DNA of 64,000 bases from the NCBI GenBank assembly GCA_965228955.1, contig OZ245848.1, positions 835,879 through 899,878 on the forward strand, written 5' to 3'. This DNA is from Cyclobacteriaceae bacterium (GTDB lineage: Bacteria > Bacteroidota > Bacteroidia > Cytophagales > Cyclobacteriaceae). Of the stretch, positions 44,601 to 54,330 are shown piece after piece. How positions within the stretch are numbered: the first letter of the stretch is position 1; each line of letters starts with the position of its first letter. The notes beneath the pieces are model-generated. The model was not told the origin of the DNA and searched no databases. It saw nothing but the letters and a program-made list of their open reading frames with translations. The position numbers and the translations under genes are program-made.

Positions 44601-46472
44601 CTAAGCTCTCTCACTTAGTTCTAACCACCTCATCTCCTTCTCTTCAATACTTTCCGTCAATTTTTCAATCTCCTGAGACCACTCGGTCAGCTCCTCATGA
44701 TTGCCTGTACCAGCATTTAGCTTCGCAATGAATTCTGCTTTTTGAAATTCGAGTTTTTCTATCTCCTTTTCCAATGTTTCAAACTCTCTTTTCTCATTGA
44801 AAGTCAACTTGGCTTCTTTTGGAGATTTCTGCTTCTCTGTTTTCTCTTTTTCTGTTTTGGTAGGCGTAGAAACCGGAATTACATTCTTTTCTTCTTCTCT
44901 AAAGTCCGTGTAGTTGCCATTGAAGATATTGATTTCTCCTTCCCCTCTGAATACAAATAATTGATCTACTAAACGATCCATGAAGTATCGGTCGTGAGAA
45001 ACGATAATCAGGCATCCTCCAAATTTCTCCAGATAATCCTCAAGAATGTTGAGTGTCATGATATCCAGATCGTTTGTCGGCTCATCCAGGATTAGGAAGT
45101 TTGGATTGTACATCAATACTTTAAGCAATTGAAGTCTCCTTTTTTCTCCGCCGCTTAATTTATACACGAAGTTGTACTGAGCTTTTGGATCAAATAGGAA
45201 CAGATTAAGTAATTGAGCAGCCGTAATAGTACTTCCATCATCCAATGTGATTACTTCTGCAATTTCTTTTATAACGTCAATTACCTTTTGATCATTGGTA
45301 TGTTCCAGCTCAGATTGAGAATAATAGCCAAACCTGGTGTTTTGACCTAATGTAATTTTTCCCTGGTAGCCATCTAAACCACCCGTTAGAAGGTTAAGAA
45401 AAGTAGATTTTCCAGCACCGTTCTTTCCCACAATCCCAATTCTGTCTTTCTTCTTGAAGACATAGCTAAAATCATTCACCATGCTTTGTTCACCAAAACT
45501 GAATTTTAGATTTTCAATTTCTATGATCTTCTTACCCATTCGGGCTGTACCTGTTTTTATTTCCAGTTCGTCTTTCTTGAGGTTGGTGGAGGCTTTGGCT
45601 TTCAGATCATGAAAGGCATCAATTCTGTATTTAGCTTTCGTTCCTCTTGCTTTTGGCTGTCTTCTGATCCAATCCAGTTCCTTCTTCATGAGGTTTTTGG
45701 CTTTTTCAACCTCAATCATTTCTCTTTCTTCTCTATCAGCCTTCTTCTCCAGGAAGTAGGCATAATTGCCATAATATCTGTAAACCTGTCCGCGATCTAT
45801 TTCCATGATATGATTTGTCACCCGATCAAGGAAATATCTATCGTGTGTAACCATAAGAATAGTCAGGTTCTGAGCTGCCAGGTAGTTTTCTAACCATTCA
45901 ATTGCGTCCAAATCAAGATGGTTGGTAGGTTCATCTAGAATAAGCAAGTCTGGTTCTTCCAATAATACTTTAGCCAATGCCACTCTTTTCTTTTGGCCAC
46001 CGGAGAGGTTTTTGATTAGTTGAGTAGAGTCATGAATGTTCAGTTTTCCAAGTACTTGCCTGGCTTTGTCCTCAAAGTCCCAGGCACCAAGATTATCTAC
46101 TTGTTCCATTGCAGCCTGCAATTCTTCCTGAACTGATGGATCTTTCTCCGCTTTCACCAGAAGTGTCTGATAAGCCTTTACAGCTGAAGCCTGAGGATGC
46201 TCGCTATTGAATACTTCTGTGATGATGTCAGCATTTTCATCCAGATCGGGCATTTGAGTAAGAAAGCTTACTCTGATATTTTTATTCACAGAGACATCAC
46301 CAGAATCTGTAGATTCTAATCCTCCGGCGATTTTAAGTAGTGTAGATTTCCCACATCCATTTACTCCCAGAAGAGCAATTTTTTGTCCCTGGTCAATACC
46401 AAAACTCACATTTTCAAATAGGATCCTTTCATTAAAAGATTTACTGATCCCATCTATGGAAAGTACATTCAT
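44601..46472 (-). CDS. ABC-F family ATPase (Uup/YheS-like translation factor type, no TM domain)
   Basis: Two ABC cassettes with Walker A 'GVNGCGKST' and 'GKNGAGKST' and signatures 'LSGGQKKR' and 'LSGGEKRR'. A charged C-terminal coiled coil follows. Confidence 0.9.
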   Translation of the reverse strand: MNVLSIDGISKSFNERILFENVSFGIDQGQKIALLGVNGCGKSTLLKIAGGLESTDSGDVSVNKNIRVSFLTQMPDLDENADIITEVFNSEHPQASAVKAYQTLLVKAEKDPSVQEELQAAMEQVDNLGAWDFEDKARQVLGKLNIHDSTQLIKNLSGGQKKRVALAKVLLEEPDLLILDEPTNHLDLDAIEWLENYLAAQNLTILMVTHDRYFLDRVTNHIMEIDRGQVYRYYGNYAYFLEKKADREEREMIEVEKAKNLMKKELDWIRRQPKARGTKAKYRIDAFHDLKAKASTNLKKDELEIKTGTARMGKKIIEIENLKFSFGEQSMVNDFSYVFKKKDRIGIVGKNGAGKSTFLNLLTGGLDGYQGKITLGQNTRFGYYSQSELEHTNDQKVIDVIKEIAEVITLDDGSTITAAQLLNLFLFDPKAQYNFVYKLSGGEKRRLQLLKVLMYNPNFLILDEPTNDLDIMTLNILEDYLEKFGGCLIIVSHDRYFMDRLVDQLFVFRGEGEINIFNGNYTDFREEEKNVIPVSTPTKTEKEKTEKQKSPKEAKLTFNEKREFETLEKEIEKLEFQKAEFIAKLNAGTGNHEELTEWSQEIEKLTESIEEKEMRWLELSERA

Positions 46473-46547
46473 TCCTTCTCAATTTTCAGAATCCAAAGTT
46501 ATAGCAATAAATGGGATTGATTAGTATTTATTATAACCATCATTTTT

Positions 46548-46555
46548 TAGGTTTG
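46548..46555 (+). promoter_or_regulatory. Bacteroidota -7 box TAnnTTTG
   Basis: 'taggtttg' lies 24 nt upstream of the 46579 ATG. Confidence 0.45.
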
Positions 46556-46578
46556 GGACTCCAATAAAAGTATCAATA

Positions 46579-47334
46579 ATGGATAAACCAATAGCCTTAA
46601 TCACAGGTGCCACTTCAGGAATAGGAGAGGCTACTGCCAAAATTCTAGCACCTAACTTCAACCTCATCATTTGTGGTCGCAGAGCTGATCGATTAGAAAA
46701 GTTGAAATCGGAATTAAAAGCTACTACAAACGTTGAAAGCCTGGAGTTTGATGTGCGAGATAAAGCTGCTGTAGATAAGAGTATTGAATTACTTTCGGAT
46801 GATTGGAAAAAGATTGACCTTTTAGTCAATAACGCAGGAAATGCTCACGGACTTGATCCGATCCACAATGGAAGTGTAGAAGACTGGGACGCTATGATTG
46901 ATATCAATGTTAAAGGACTATTATATGTGAGTAAGGCCATTATTCCTAGTATGGTTGAAAGAGAATCTGGTCACATTGTAAATGTGGGATCCATTGCTGG
47001 AAAAGAGGTTTATCCAAATGGGAATGTCTACTGCGCAAGTAAACATGCCGTGGATGCGATCAATAATGGAATGCGAATGGATTTGAATCCATACGGTATC
47101 AAAGTGACTTCTGTAAATCCAGGATTGGTAGAAACGGAATTCTCTCAAGTGAGATTCAAAGGAGATAATCAAAGAGCAGATACTGTGTATAAAGGTTATG
47201 ATGCACTGCAGGCTGAAGATATCGCAGATTTAATCAGATATATAGTGGAAGCACCAAAGCATGTGTTGTTGAGCGATGTGATCATTTTACCAACAGCTCA
47301 AGCGAATGCAACAATTATAAAAAAGGATTTGTAG
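46579..47334 (+). CDS. Short-chain dehydrogenase/reductase (YdfG-like NADP-dependent)
   Basis: 'ITGATSGIGEATA' and 'YCASKHAV' motifs. Confidence 0.88.
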   Translation: MDKPIALITGATSGIGEATAKILAPNFNLIICGRRADRLEKLKSELKATTNVESLEFDVRDKAAVDKSIELLSDDWKKIDLLVNNAGNAHGLDPIHNGSVEDWDAMIDINVKGLLYVSKAIIPSMVERESGHIVNVGSIAGKEVYPNGNVYCASKHAVDAINNGMRMDLNPYGIKVTSVNPGLVETEFSQVRFKGDNQRADTVYKGYDALQAEDIADLIRYIVEAPKHVLLSDVIILPTAQANATIIKKDL

Positions 47335-47389
47335 TTGATGTTAGGTTTCTTATCATTGCCGACAAAATAAACAACAGACACATTTTTTC

Positions 47390-48724
47390 ATGAAGCAGAT
47401 ACTGATTTTGGGAGCGGGCAGATCTTGCTCTTCATTGATAGACTATTTGATCAAAAATGCCAGCGCGAACGACTGGCAGGTAGTAATTGCAGATAAGGAT
47501 CTTTCTCTTGCTCAAGAGAAAGCGGACTGGGGAGAGGCTGCTTCAGCTATAGAATTTGATATTTTCAACGAACAACAAAGCAAGGAAGAAATCACAAAAG
47601 CAGATTTGGTGATATCAATGCTTCCTGCATCTTTCCATATCCATGTTGCAAAAATCTGTGCGGCAAACGGAATCAATATGCTTACAGCTTCTTATGTTTC
47701 TGATGAGATTAAAGCTTTGGAACCTGAGTTTGAGAAGAATGGAGCAGTGCTTCTAATGGAATTAGGTCTTGATCCTGGAATTGATCACATGTCAGCAATG
47801 AAAGTGTTGGATGAGATCAAAGAGCAAGGTCATGAGTTGATTGGATTTGAAACATTCACTGGAGGTCTGTTAGCACCAACGAAAGACGATAACCCGTGGG
47901 AATATAAGTTTACCTGGAATCCAAGAAATGTCGTGCTTGCCGGACAAGGAAACGTAAAATTCATTCAGGAGGGAAGATATAAATTCATTCCTTATCATAG
48001 ATTATTTAGAAGAACTGAAGTGATTCATATTCCAGGGCACGGTTTCTTCGAGGGATATGCTAATCGCGATTCTTTAAAGTATTTGGATTCTTATAATCTT
48101 CATGGCATTAAAACACTTTACAGGGGTACTTTGAGAAGACCTGGTTTCTGTAAGGCTTGGGATATATTCATTCAATTAGGTGCCACTGACGATACTTATA
48201 AATTGGAGGGTGTCGAAGGAATGACTCACCGTGACTTTATCAATTCATTCTTATCCTATAATCCAAATGATTCTGTTGAGTTGAAACTTGCCCACTATCT
48301 CAATCTGGACCTGGAATCTGAAGAAATGTACAAACTGAAATGGATAGGTGTTTTTGATGACGAGCCAGTTGGTTTAACTGAAGGCACTCCTGCTCAGGTT
48401 TTAGAGCACATCTTAAAAAAGAAATGGACAATCCAGGAGGATGACAAAGATCAAATTGTGATGTGGCACAAGTTTGATTTTATGGATAACGGCAAACACC
48501 GACAAATCCAATCTGACATGGTTGCAACAGGAGAAGATAGTATTCACACAGCAATGTCAAAAACTGTAGGCTTACCTCTAGCAATTGGAGCAAAGATGGT
48601 GTTAAATGGCAAAATCAATCTGAAAGGAATTCATATCCCAACTGAAAAGGCCGTATATGATCCAATCCTTGATGAGCTCGGAAGCTTAGGGTTTGAATTC
48701 CATGAAAGAGAAGTTGAGGTTTAA
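47390..48724 (+). CDS. Saccharopine dehydrogenase family oxidoreductase
   Basis: Rossmann 'ILILGAGRSCSSL' followed by a Sacchrp_dh C-terminal-like region. Confidence 0.8.
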   Translation: MKQILILGAGRSCSSLIDYLIKNASANDWQVVIADKDLSLAQEKADWGEAASAIEFDIFNEQQSKEEITKADLVISMLPASFHIHVAKICAANGINMLTASYVSDEIKALEPEFEKNGAVLLMELGLDPGIDHMSAMKVLDEIKEQGHELIGFETFTGGLLAPTKDDNPWEYKFTWNPRNVVLAGQGNVKFIQEGRYKFIPYHRLFRRTEVIHIPGHGFFEGYANRDSLKYLDSYNLHGIKTLYRGTLRRPGFCKAWDIFIQLGATDDTYKLEGVEGMTHRDFINSFLSYNPNDSVELKLAHYLNLDLESEEMYKLKWIGVFDDEPVGLTEGTPAQVLEHILKKKWTIQEDDKDQIVMWHKFDFMDNGKHRQIQSDMVATGEDSIHTAMSKTVGLPLAIGAKMVLNGKINLKGIHIPTEKAVYDPILDELGSLGFEFHEREVEV

Positions 48725-48725
48725 T

Positions 48726-48820
48726 AGTTCATTGTTCTTAGTTCATTGTTTATAGTGCTTAATCAACTAGAGAAACAAAACTGTGAACTAAGAACTAAAA
48801 ACAACTAGGAACTAAGAACC
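48726..48820. repeat. Word-repeat inverted pair (GTTCTTAGTTCA / TGAACTAAGAAC)
   Basis: A 12-bp perfect stem (48734-48745 with 48784-48795) is embedded in arms built from GAACTAA/GAACAAT words. Confidence 0.65.
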
Positions 48821-48871
48821 TATTTCAGTAAATTTAGATATTTAACCACCTATTTAATCATTCAGCTAAAA

Positions 48872-49024
48872 ATGGAAGAAGATTACATCGGCCTAGAGGA
48901 AGATATTGCGTTCGAGTCGGAAGAAAAAACAAAGAGATTGAAACGAGCAACTTATATGGTATCAGCAGTTGTACTGATGTTGGTTGTTTATGTTATTGTT
49001 ACACTCTCTTCATATCACGGCTAA
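48872..49024 (+). CDS. Possible 50-aa single-TM membrane peptide (not in the ORF track, below its size cut-off)
   Basis: My manual translation gives 'MEEDYIGLEEDIAFESEEKTKRLKRATYMVSAVVLMLVVYVIVTLSSYHG': an acidic N-terminus, a basic patch, then a hydrophobic helix. It overlaps the convergent gene's stop by 4 nt. Confidence 0.3.
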   Translation: MEEDYIGLEEDIAFESEEKTKRLKRATYMVSAVVLMLVVYVIVTLSSYHG

Positions 49025-49722
49025 AGAGCGAGGTAGTACTCTTTTAATAGTTTTTTAAACACACCAGAATATTCATTCCCTTCGCGAATGATTAGTTGTT
49101 CTATTGTCTGTTCTAAATGCTTTTTACTAAGTTTTGAGATAACCCTAAATACTCGACCATTCGGTTGATTATATACCTCTAGTTTTTCGATTATGTGAAG
49201 TCCAAGTTTTTTGGCGTTGATTTCCAGTTGCTTACTTTCATGCTCAGGTAAAAGGATATAAGCGTTTCCATTGTCTTGAAGTAGATTAGAAATGGAATTC
49301 AGTAGATCTTCCTGATTTAGTAAATCATCATGGATCGCATTATTTTTTTGCTGGTTTTGATTTTTTAAGTGATTTGAAAAGAATGGTGGATTGGAAACAA
49401 TCAAATCATATTTGTTTTCACTCTTAAAATTCTGAATCGAATTAGGATATAGTTGAAGTCTGTCAGACCAAGGGCTGTTTTTGAAATTCAGTTTGGTTTG
49501 TTCTGCAGCGTTCTCATCAATTTCCACTGCATCTATATTTGCTTTGGACCTTTGAGCTATCATTAAGCTCAATAACCCTGTTCCGGCACCTATATCAAGA
49601 ATGTTTGTTGCATTTTCAGCATTCACCCAACTTCCCAGGATACAACCTTCAGTAGTTACCTTCATTCCACTACCTCCCTGCTCAATACGGAACTGCTTGA
49701 ATTGAAAGTAGCTATTGGGCAT
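49021..49722 (-). CDS. trmN6: tRNA1(Val) (adenine37-N6)-methyltransferase (TrmN6/YfiC family)
   Basis: SAM motif 'ILDIGAGTGLLSLMIAQR' and catalytic 'DLIVSNPPFF'. Confidence 0.8.
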   Translation of the reverse strand: MPNSYFQFKQFRIEQGGSGMKVTTEGCILGSWVNAENATNILDIGAGTGLLSLMIAQRSKANIDAVEIDENAAEQTKLNFKNSPWSDRLQLYPNSIQNFKSENKYDLIVSNPPFFSNHLKNQNQQKNNAIHDDLLNQEDLLNSISNLLQDNGNAYILLPEHESKQLEINAKKLGLHIIEKLEVYNQPNGRVFRVISKLSKKHLEQTIEQLIIREGNEYSGVFKKLLKEYYLAL

Positions 49723-49725
49723 TGG

Positions 49726-50199
49726 TTAAGAAATTGGAGCCTGGTTCTCGTAACCTACATCGACTTTCAAATCACCACTTTCTGCTGCAGCCACAGCTAG
49801 TTGGTCACATCTTTCATTTTCTGGAATACCAGCATGCCCCTTAACCCATTGAAATTTCACTTTGTGCTTCTTGTAAAGAGGGATAAATGTCTGCCATAGA
49901 TCAACATTGGCCTTCTTCTTGAACCCTTGTTTCTGCCAGTTCCAAATCCAACCCTTCTCCACTGCTTCAACTACATATTTACTGTCGGAGTAAACCTTTA
50001 CTTCTGTACCTGGCTGCTTCAGAGCTTGAAGACCTTTGATTACAGCCAAAAGCTCCATCCTGTTATTGGTAGTTTTTCGATAACCTTCTGCAAGTTCTTT
50101 TCTATAAGGTTGTCCGTTTACAGTTGCGATCATTACTGTCCCATATCCACCAGGACCTGGGTTACCTTTAGCCGCTCCATCTGTGTATATAATGATCAT
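49726..50199 (-). CDS. rnhA: Ribonuclease HI
   Basis: 'IYTDGAAKGNPGPGGYG', 'TNNRMEL', 'DSKYV' and 'GHAGIPENERCDQLA'. Confidence 0.93.
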   Translation of the reverse strand: MIIIYTDGAAKGNPGPGGYGTVMIATVNGQPYRKELAEGYRKTTNNRMELLAVIKGLQALKQPGTEVKVYSDSKYVVEAVEKGWIWNWQKQGFKKKANVDLWQTFIPLYKKHKVKFQWVKGHAGIPENERCDQLAVAAAESGDLKVDVGYENQAPIS

Positions 50200-50768
50200 T
50201 AAAGTACAAAGTTGGTTTTGAATAGTTTAATAGAAATAGCCAATAATATGATTCCAAACACCTTTCTAAGTATCATAAATCCACCATTTCCGATTTTTCT
50301 TTCCAGCCATCCACTGGTTTTTAATACCAGGTAGACCAGGGCCAAATTTACGAATATGCCAACCAATATATTTGGAGTCTGATATTCTGCTTTCAATGAG
50401 ATCAAAGTCGTCATTGTACCAGCTCCAGCGATTAAAGGAAACGCTAATGGTACAATAGACGCGGTATTAACAGCATTAGGATCTTCTTTGAAAAGCGTGA
50501 TGCCAAGAATCATTTCCATTCCCAACAGGAACATAACGATCGCACCCGCAATAGCAAATGATCCAATATCTAATCCAAACAGGTTGAGAATACTCTCACC
50601 GAGTAAAAGAAACATAACCATAATAATACCCGAAACCAAAGTGGCTTTTTCAGATTGTACATGGCCTGCTTTTTTTCTAAGCTCAAGGATGATAGGTACA
50701 TTGCCAATAATATCAATCACTGAAAACAAGATCAGTGATACTGATAAAATCTCTTTGAATTTAAACAT
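50199..50768 (-). CDS. MarC/UPF0056 family inner-membrane protein
   Basis: Six TM segments and a family-typical length of 189 aa. Confidence 0.8.
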   Translation of the reverse strand: MFKFKEILSVSLILFSVIDIIGNVPIILELRKKAGHVQSEKATLVSGIIMVMFLLLGESILNLFGLDIGSFAIAGAIVMFLLGMEMILGITLFKEDPNAVNTASIVPLAFPLIAGAGTMTTLISLKAEYQTPNILVGIFVNLALVYLVLKTSGWLERKIGNGGFMILRKVFGIILLAISIKLFKTNFVL

Positions 50769-50815
50769 GGTCTAAAAAATTTGGGCAAAAGTAGGGTTTA
50801 TTTCTTGATTTGCGA

Positions 50816-51874
50816 TCACTTATAATTGGACCAGCAAAAGTTTTTTAGCTTTTTGACAGCTCTCTTCTTAATAGCCGGGAAATTTGCAATTCTAAATGTC
50901 GAACTCTTCCATTCTCCATATCCATTCCCAACCAGAATACCTGCTCTCAGTGCCTCTTTTTTTAGCTTTTCAACATCCTCATTTTCAATAGCAAGAACTG
51001 TCTGACTCCTAACTTCTTTATTTTTCACAAGGAAATTCAGAGAATTAAATTCTTCAAAAAACTTCTCATAGTCGGCTATTCTGCCCAACAATTTCTCTTG
51101 CATTCGTTCAATACCTTTCGAGACTTCCAAAGTTCTCATGAGAAGATATATATCCATTACATTGGGAGTGTAAGGAGTTTGGAACTTTCTAAAGTTTTCT
51201 AACACAAAATTGAGACTATTATAATGAGCATTTTCTCCAATGGATTCCGAAACTTGCACAGCTTGTGGGGATAGAATCATAATGCCCATTCCTGCTGGGA
51301 GCCCAAAACATTTTTGGACCGAAGCAAACCAGATATCTGCCGATTTGAAATCTAATACAATTCCACCCATTGAAGAAGTTGCATCAACAGCTAGCAGTTT
51401 CTCAGGATTACTTTTCTTAATCTCACCAATTAGGTCACAGCTTACCTGAGTGCCATTGGAGGTTTCATTCTGCGTTATGCATATTATTTCAGATCCTTCA
51501 TCAATTGAGACCTCAGAACTTAGCTTCTCTTCCAACCCGAATTTTAGTCCGGTAGTTTTAAGTCTCAATTTCTGAGCATAATTCATCCATTTTTCACCAA
51601 ATGCTCCATTGTAAAGATGAAAGCTTTTTTCTCTGGTAAGTGATTGAGCAATTATTTCCCAACACTCAGTGGCCGACGAAGTAAATATAATTTCATAGTC
51701 TTCCGGAATTAAGAGTTTCTCTTTCATCAACGAAAGCGTTTTCTCCAGCATCTCAGAGAACTCCTTACTTCTATGATTCCAGGACAGCACTCCATCCATA
51801 TATGCCTCATAGAGAAACTCAGTTACTTTAGAGTATACTCTTGAGGGACCAGGATAAAATGAGACTACCTTCAT
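50816..51874 (-). CDS. Class V aminotransferase, phosphoserine-aminotransferase-like
   Basis: 'FYPGPS' N-terminus and a PLP-lysine context 'FASVQKCFGLPAGMGIMIL' resembling SerC 'GAQKNIGPAGL'. Confidence 0.7.
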   Translation of the reverse strand: MKVVSFYPGPSRVYSKVTEFLYEAYMDGVLSWNHRSKEFSEMLEKTLSLMKEKLLIPEDYEIIFTSSATECWEIIAQSLTREKSFHLYNGAFGEKWMNYAQKLRLKTTGLKFGLEEKLSSEVSIDEGSEIICITQNETSNGTQVSCDLIGEIKKSNPEKLLAVDATSSMGGIVLDFKSADIWFASVQKCFGLPAGMGIMILSPQAVQVSESIGENAHYNSLNFVLENFRKFQTPYTPNVMDIYLLMRTLEVSKGIERMQEKLLGRIADYEKFFEEFNSLNFLVKNKEVRSQTVLAIENEDVEKLKKEALRAGILVGNGYGEWKSSTFRIANFPAIKKRAVKKLKNFCWSNYK

Positions 51875-52296
51875 TTTTTATTTTTAGTGAAAAAATCGAT
51901 TCCGTATCTATAGCCTTCCAAACCCAGGCCACTGATTATGCCAATACAATTCTTTGTTAAATGACTGTGATGCCTGAATTCTTCACGTTGATAAACATTA
52001 GAAATGTGAACTTCAACTGCAGGAGTATTCACTGCGGCTAAAGCATCTGCAATTGCAACTGAAGTGTGAGAATATCCAGCACCATTGATAATGATTCCGT
52101 CAAATGAGAATCCTACCTCATGTATCTTATCTACAATTTCTCCTTCGTGATTAGACTGAAAGTAGTGAAGATCGATTTTAGTGAAATCTTTCTTTAATGT
52201 TTGATAGTAATCTTCAAAAGAACTGCTACCGTAAATCTCAGGCTCACGTTTCCCAAGGAGATTAAGGTTTGGCCCGTTGATAATAATTAATTGCAT
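51871..52296 (-). CDS. aroQ: Type II 3-dehydroquinate dehydratase
   Basis: 'IINGPNLNLLGKREPEIYG' and 'INGAGYSHTSVAI' motifs. Confidence 0.93.
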   Translation of the reverse strand: MQLIIINGPNLNLLGKREPEIYGSSSFEDYYQTLKKDFTKIDLHYFQSNHEGEIVDKIHEVGFSFDGIIINGAGYSHTSVAIADALAAVNTPAVEVHISNVYQREEFRHHSHLTKNCIGIISGLGLEGYRYGIDFFTKNKK

Positions 52297-52334
52297 GTAA
52301 AATCGCTATTCAGTCTTAAAGTCGATAAAAATAA

Positions 52335-52342
52335 TACATTTG
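52335..52342 (+). promoter_or_regulatory. Bacteroidota -7 box TAnnTTTG
   Basis: 'tacatttg' lies 19 nt upstream of the xerD ATG. Confidence 0.5.
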
Positions 52343-52360
52343 TGAGCACAATATTGTTTT

Positions 52361-53260
52361 ATGGCGTGGGATTTTTACATCAGGCAATTTCAGACGTACC
52401 TCAAACTTGAGAGGTCCCTATCAGATAATTCCATTGAGGCATATCTTCGAGATGTAGGGAAGTTGAGGCAATTTCTGGAAATCAGAAAGATTGATATCAC
52501 TCCGGTGAAGGTTGAGCCGCATCATATTCACGATATGTTGGAGTTTATTTCGGAGCTTGGTATGAGTGCTCATTCTCAAGCAAGAATCATTAGTGGGCTA
52601 AAAGCATTTTATAAATATCTGGTCTTTGAAGGTGATACTGAAAATGACCCAATGACATTAATTGAAGGGCCGAAATTGGGACGTAAACTTCCTGATACCT
52701 TGAATGTGAACGAAATAGATCAACTACTGGACGCAATAGATCTGTCCCTCCCAGAAGGTCAAAGAAATAGAGCAATCCTGGAAACTTTGTATAGCTCAGG
52801 ATTGCGGGTATCCGAATTAGTGGAGCTTCGATTGAGCAATGTTCATGAGGATATCGGTTTTGTTAGAGTTGTTGGGAAAGGTAGCAAAGAGAGGTTGGTG
52901 CCAATTGGTAGAGAAGCTTTAAAGCACATTAAATTATACAAGGAACATATCAGAGTTCATGTCCCGATTAAACCTGGGAATGAAGATTATGTATTTTTGA
53001 ATAGGAGGGGTGCTAAGCTGACAAGAGTGATGATATTCACCATAATCAAGAATCTTGCAGAATCGATTGGTCTCAATAAAAGTATAAGTCCCCACACTTT
53101 TAGGCACTCTTTTGCGACTCATTTAATAGAAGGTGGAGCTGATCTTAGAGTGGTTCAGGAGATGCTTGGACATCAATCAATAACTACTACAGAAATATAT
53201 ACTCACCTTGATCGGGATTATTTAAAGCAAGTGATCAAAGAGTTTCATCCCCGAAGCTAG
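52361..53260 (+). CDS. xerD: Tyrosine site-specific recombinase XerD
   Basis: An SAM-like N-terminal domain, 'GLRVSELVEL', and 'HTFRHSFATHLIEGGADLRVVQEMLGHQSITTTEIYTH'. Confidence 0.88.
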   Translation: MAWDFYIRQFQTYLKLERSLSDNSIEAYLRDVGKLRQFLEIRKIDITPVKVEPHHIHDMLEFISELGMSAHSQARIISGLKAFYKYLVFEGDTENDPMTLIEGPKLGRKLPDTLNVNEIDQLLDAIDLSLPEGQRNRAILETLYSSGLRVSELVELRLSNVHEDIGFVRVVGKGSKERLVPIGREALKHIKLYKEHIRVHVPIKPGNEDYVFLNRRGAKLTRVMIFTIIKNLAESIGLNKSISPHTFRHSFATHLIEGGADLRVVQEMLGHQSITTTEIYTHLDRDYLKQVIKEFHPRS

Positions 53261-53279
53261 ATTTTTAATGGAAGGCTAT

Positions 53280-53287
53280 TAATTTTG
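53280..53287 (+). promoter_or_regulatory. Bacteroidota -7 box TAnnTTTG, only 5 nt from the pyrD ATG
   Basis: 'taattttg' ends at 53287 and the ATG is at 53293. Confidence 0.4.
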
Positions 53288-53292
53288 CGGCG

Positions 53293-54330
53293 ATGTATAA
53301 AATTCTGCTAAGACCGCTTCTTTTTCTAATTGCACCAGAGAGAGCCCATCATTTTACAATCAATATTTTTAAATTTGTTTACAAGCTGCCAGGAATGCGT
53401 GGTATGCTTAAAATGCTTTACGATGTTTCGAATCCTAAGCTGGAAACCGAAGTATTTGGTTTGAAATTTAAAAATCCAGTTGGTCTTGCGGCAGGTTTTG
53501 ATAAGGATGCTAAAGTTATTGATGAGTTTGCGTCACTAGGCTTTGGTTTTATTGAGATAGGGACTGTTACACCTAAAGGGCAGCCCGGGAATCCACAGCC
53601 AAGATTATTCAGACTACCTGCCGATAAAGGATTGATTAATCGGATGGGATTCAATAATGAAGGAGTTGATGCTGCCATAAAAAGACTAAAGGCTCGGCAA
53701 TCCAATATTTTGGTTGGAGGAAACATTGGAAAAAACAAGGTAACAGCAAACGAGCTGGCGACCCAGGATTATTTAGCTTCCTTTCTGGTATTACATGATT
53801 ACGTGGATTATTTCGTTGTAAATGTTAGTTCACCAAATACTCCGAACTTAAGAGAGTTGCAGGAAAAAGAACCATTGAAAGCATTATTATCCACATTGAA
53901 GGAGAAAAATAAGGAATTTGATAATCCAAAACCGATATTGTTAAAAATAGCACCGGATCTTACTAACGATCAGTTAGATGATATCGTAGAAATTGTAGAC
54001 GAGGTTAAATTAGACGGTATAATTGCATCAAATACTACTATTTCAAGAGCGGACTTGAATACATCAGAAAAGAGAATTGAAGAGATTGGAGCTGGTGGTC
54101 TAAGTGGAAAGCCTGTTACAAAACGCTCAACGGAAGTGATAAGGTATATAACTAAAAAATCTGGAGGTACTATACCAATTATTGGAGTAGGAGGTATCCA
54201 TTCAGCTAAGGATGCTATTGAAAAATTAGAAGCTGGAGCAAAATTGGTTCAGTTGTATACTGGATTCATATATGAAGGTCCGGCATTGATTAAAAGAATT
54301 AATAAGAAGATACTGAGTTTGAAAAAATGA
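53293..54330 (+). CDS. pyrD: Dihydroorotate dehydrogenase (quinone), class 2
   Basis: '[10 protein letters not shown]', '[10 protein letters not shown]', '[11 protein letters not shown]' and 'GVGGI' motifs, with an N-terminal membrane-association helix. Confidence 0.93.
   Translation: MYKILLRPLLFLIAPERAHHFTINIFKFVYKLPGMRGMLKMLYDVSNPKLETEVFGLKFKNPVGLAAGFDKDAKVIDEFASLGFGFIEIGTVTPKGQPGNPQPRLFRLPADKGLINRMGFNNEGVDAAIKRLKARQSNILVGGNIGKNKVTANELATQDYLASFLVLHDYVDYFVVNVSSPNTPNLRELQEKEPLKALLSTLKEKNKEFDNPKPILLKIAPDLTNDQLDDIVEIVDEVKLDGIIASNTTISRADLNTSEKRIEEIGAGGLSGKPVTKRSTEVIRYITKKSGGTIPIIGVGGIHSAKDAIEKLEAGAKLVQLYTGFIYEGPALIKRINKKILSLKK

Noticed and set aside
44601-46472. The ABC-F protein, considered as an antibiotic-resistance (ARE) determinant associated with the neighbouring mobile element.
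   Set aside because: Its architecture and C-terminal coiled coil fit housekeeping Uup/YheS-type ABC-F factors. The adjacent RAYT is a domesticated-type transposase, not a resistance-carrying IS. Sequence alone cannot support a resistance call.
52361-53260. The tyrosine recombinase, considered as a marker of an integrated mobile element.
   Set aside because: It has full XerD-type motifs and sits in a conserved housekeeping neighbourhood (aroQ, pyrD, ftsK). It has no flanking att-like repeats and no tRNA.
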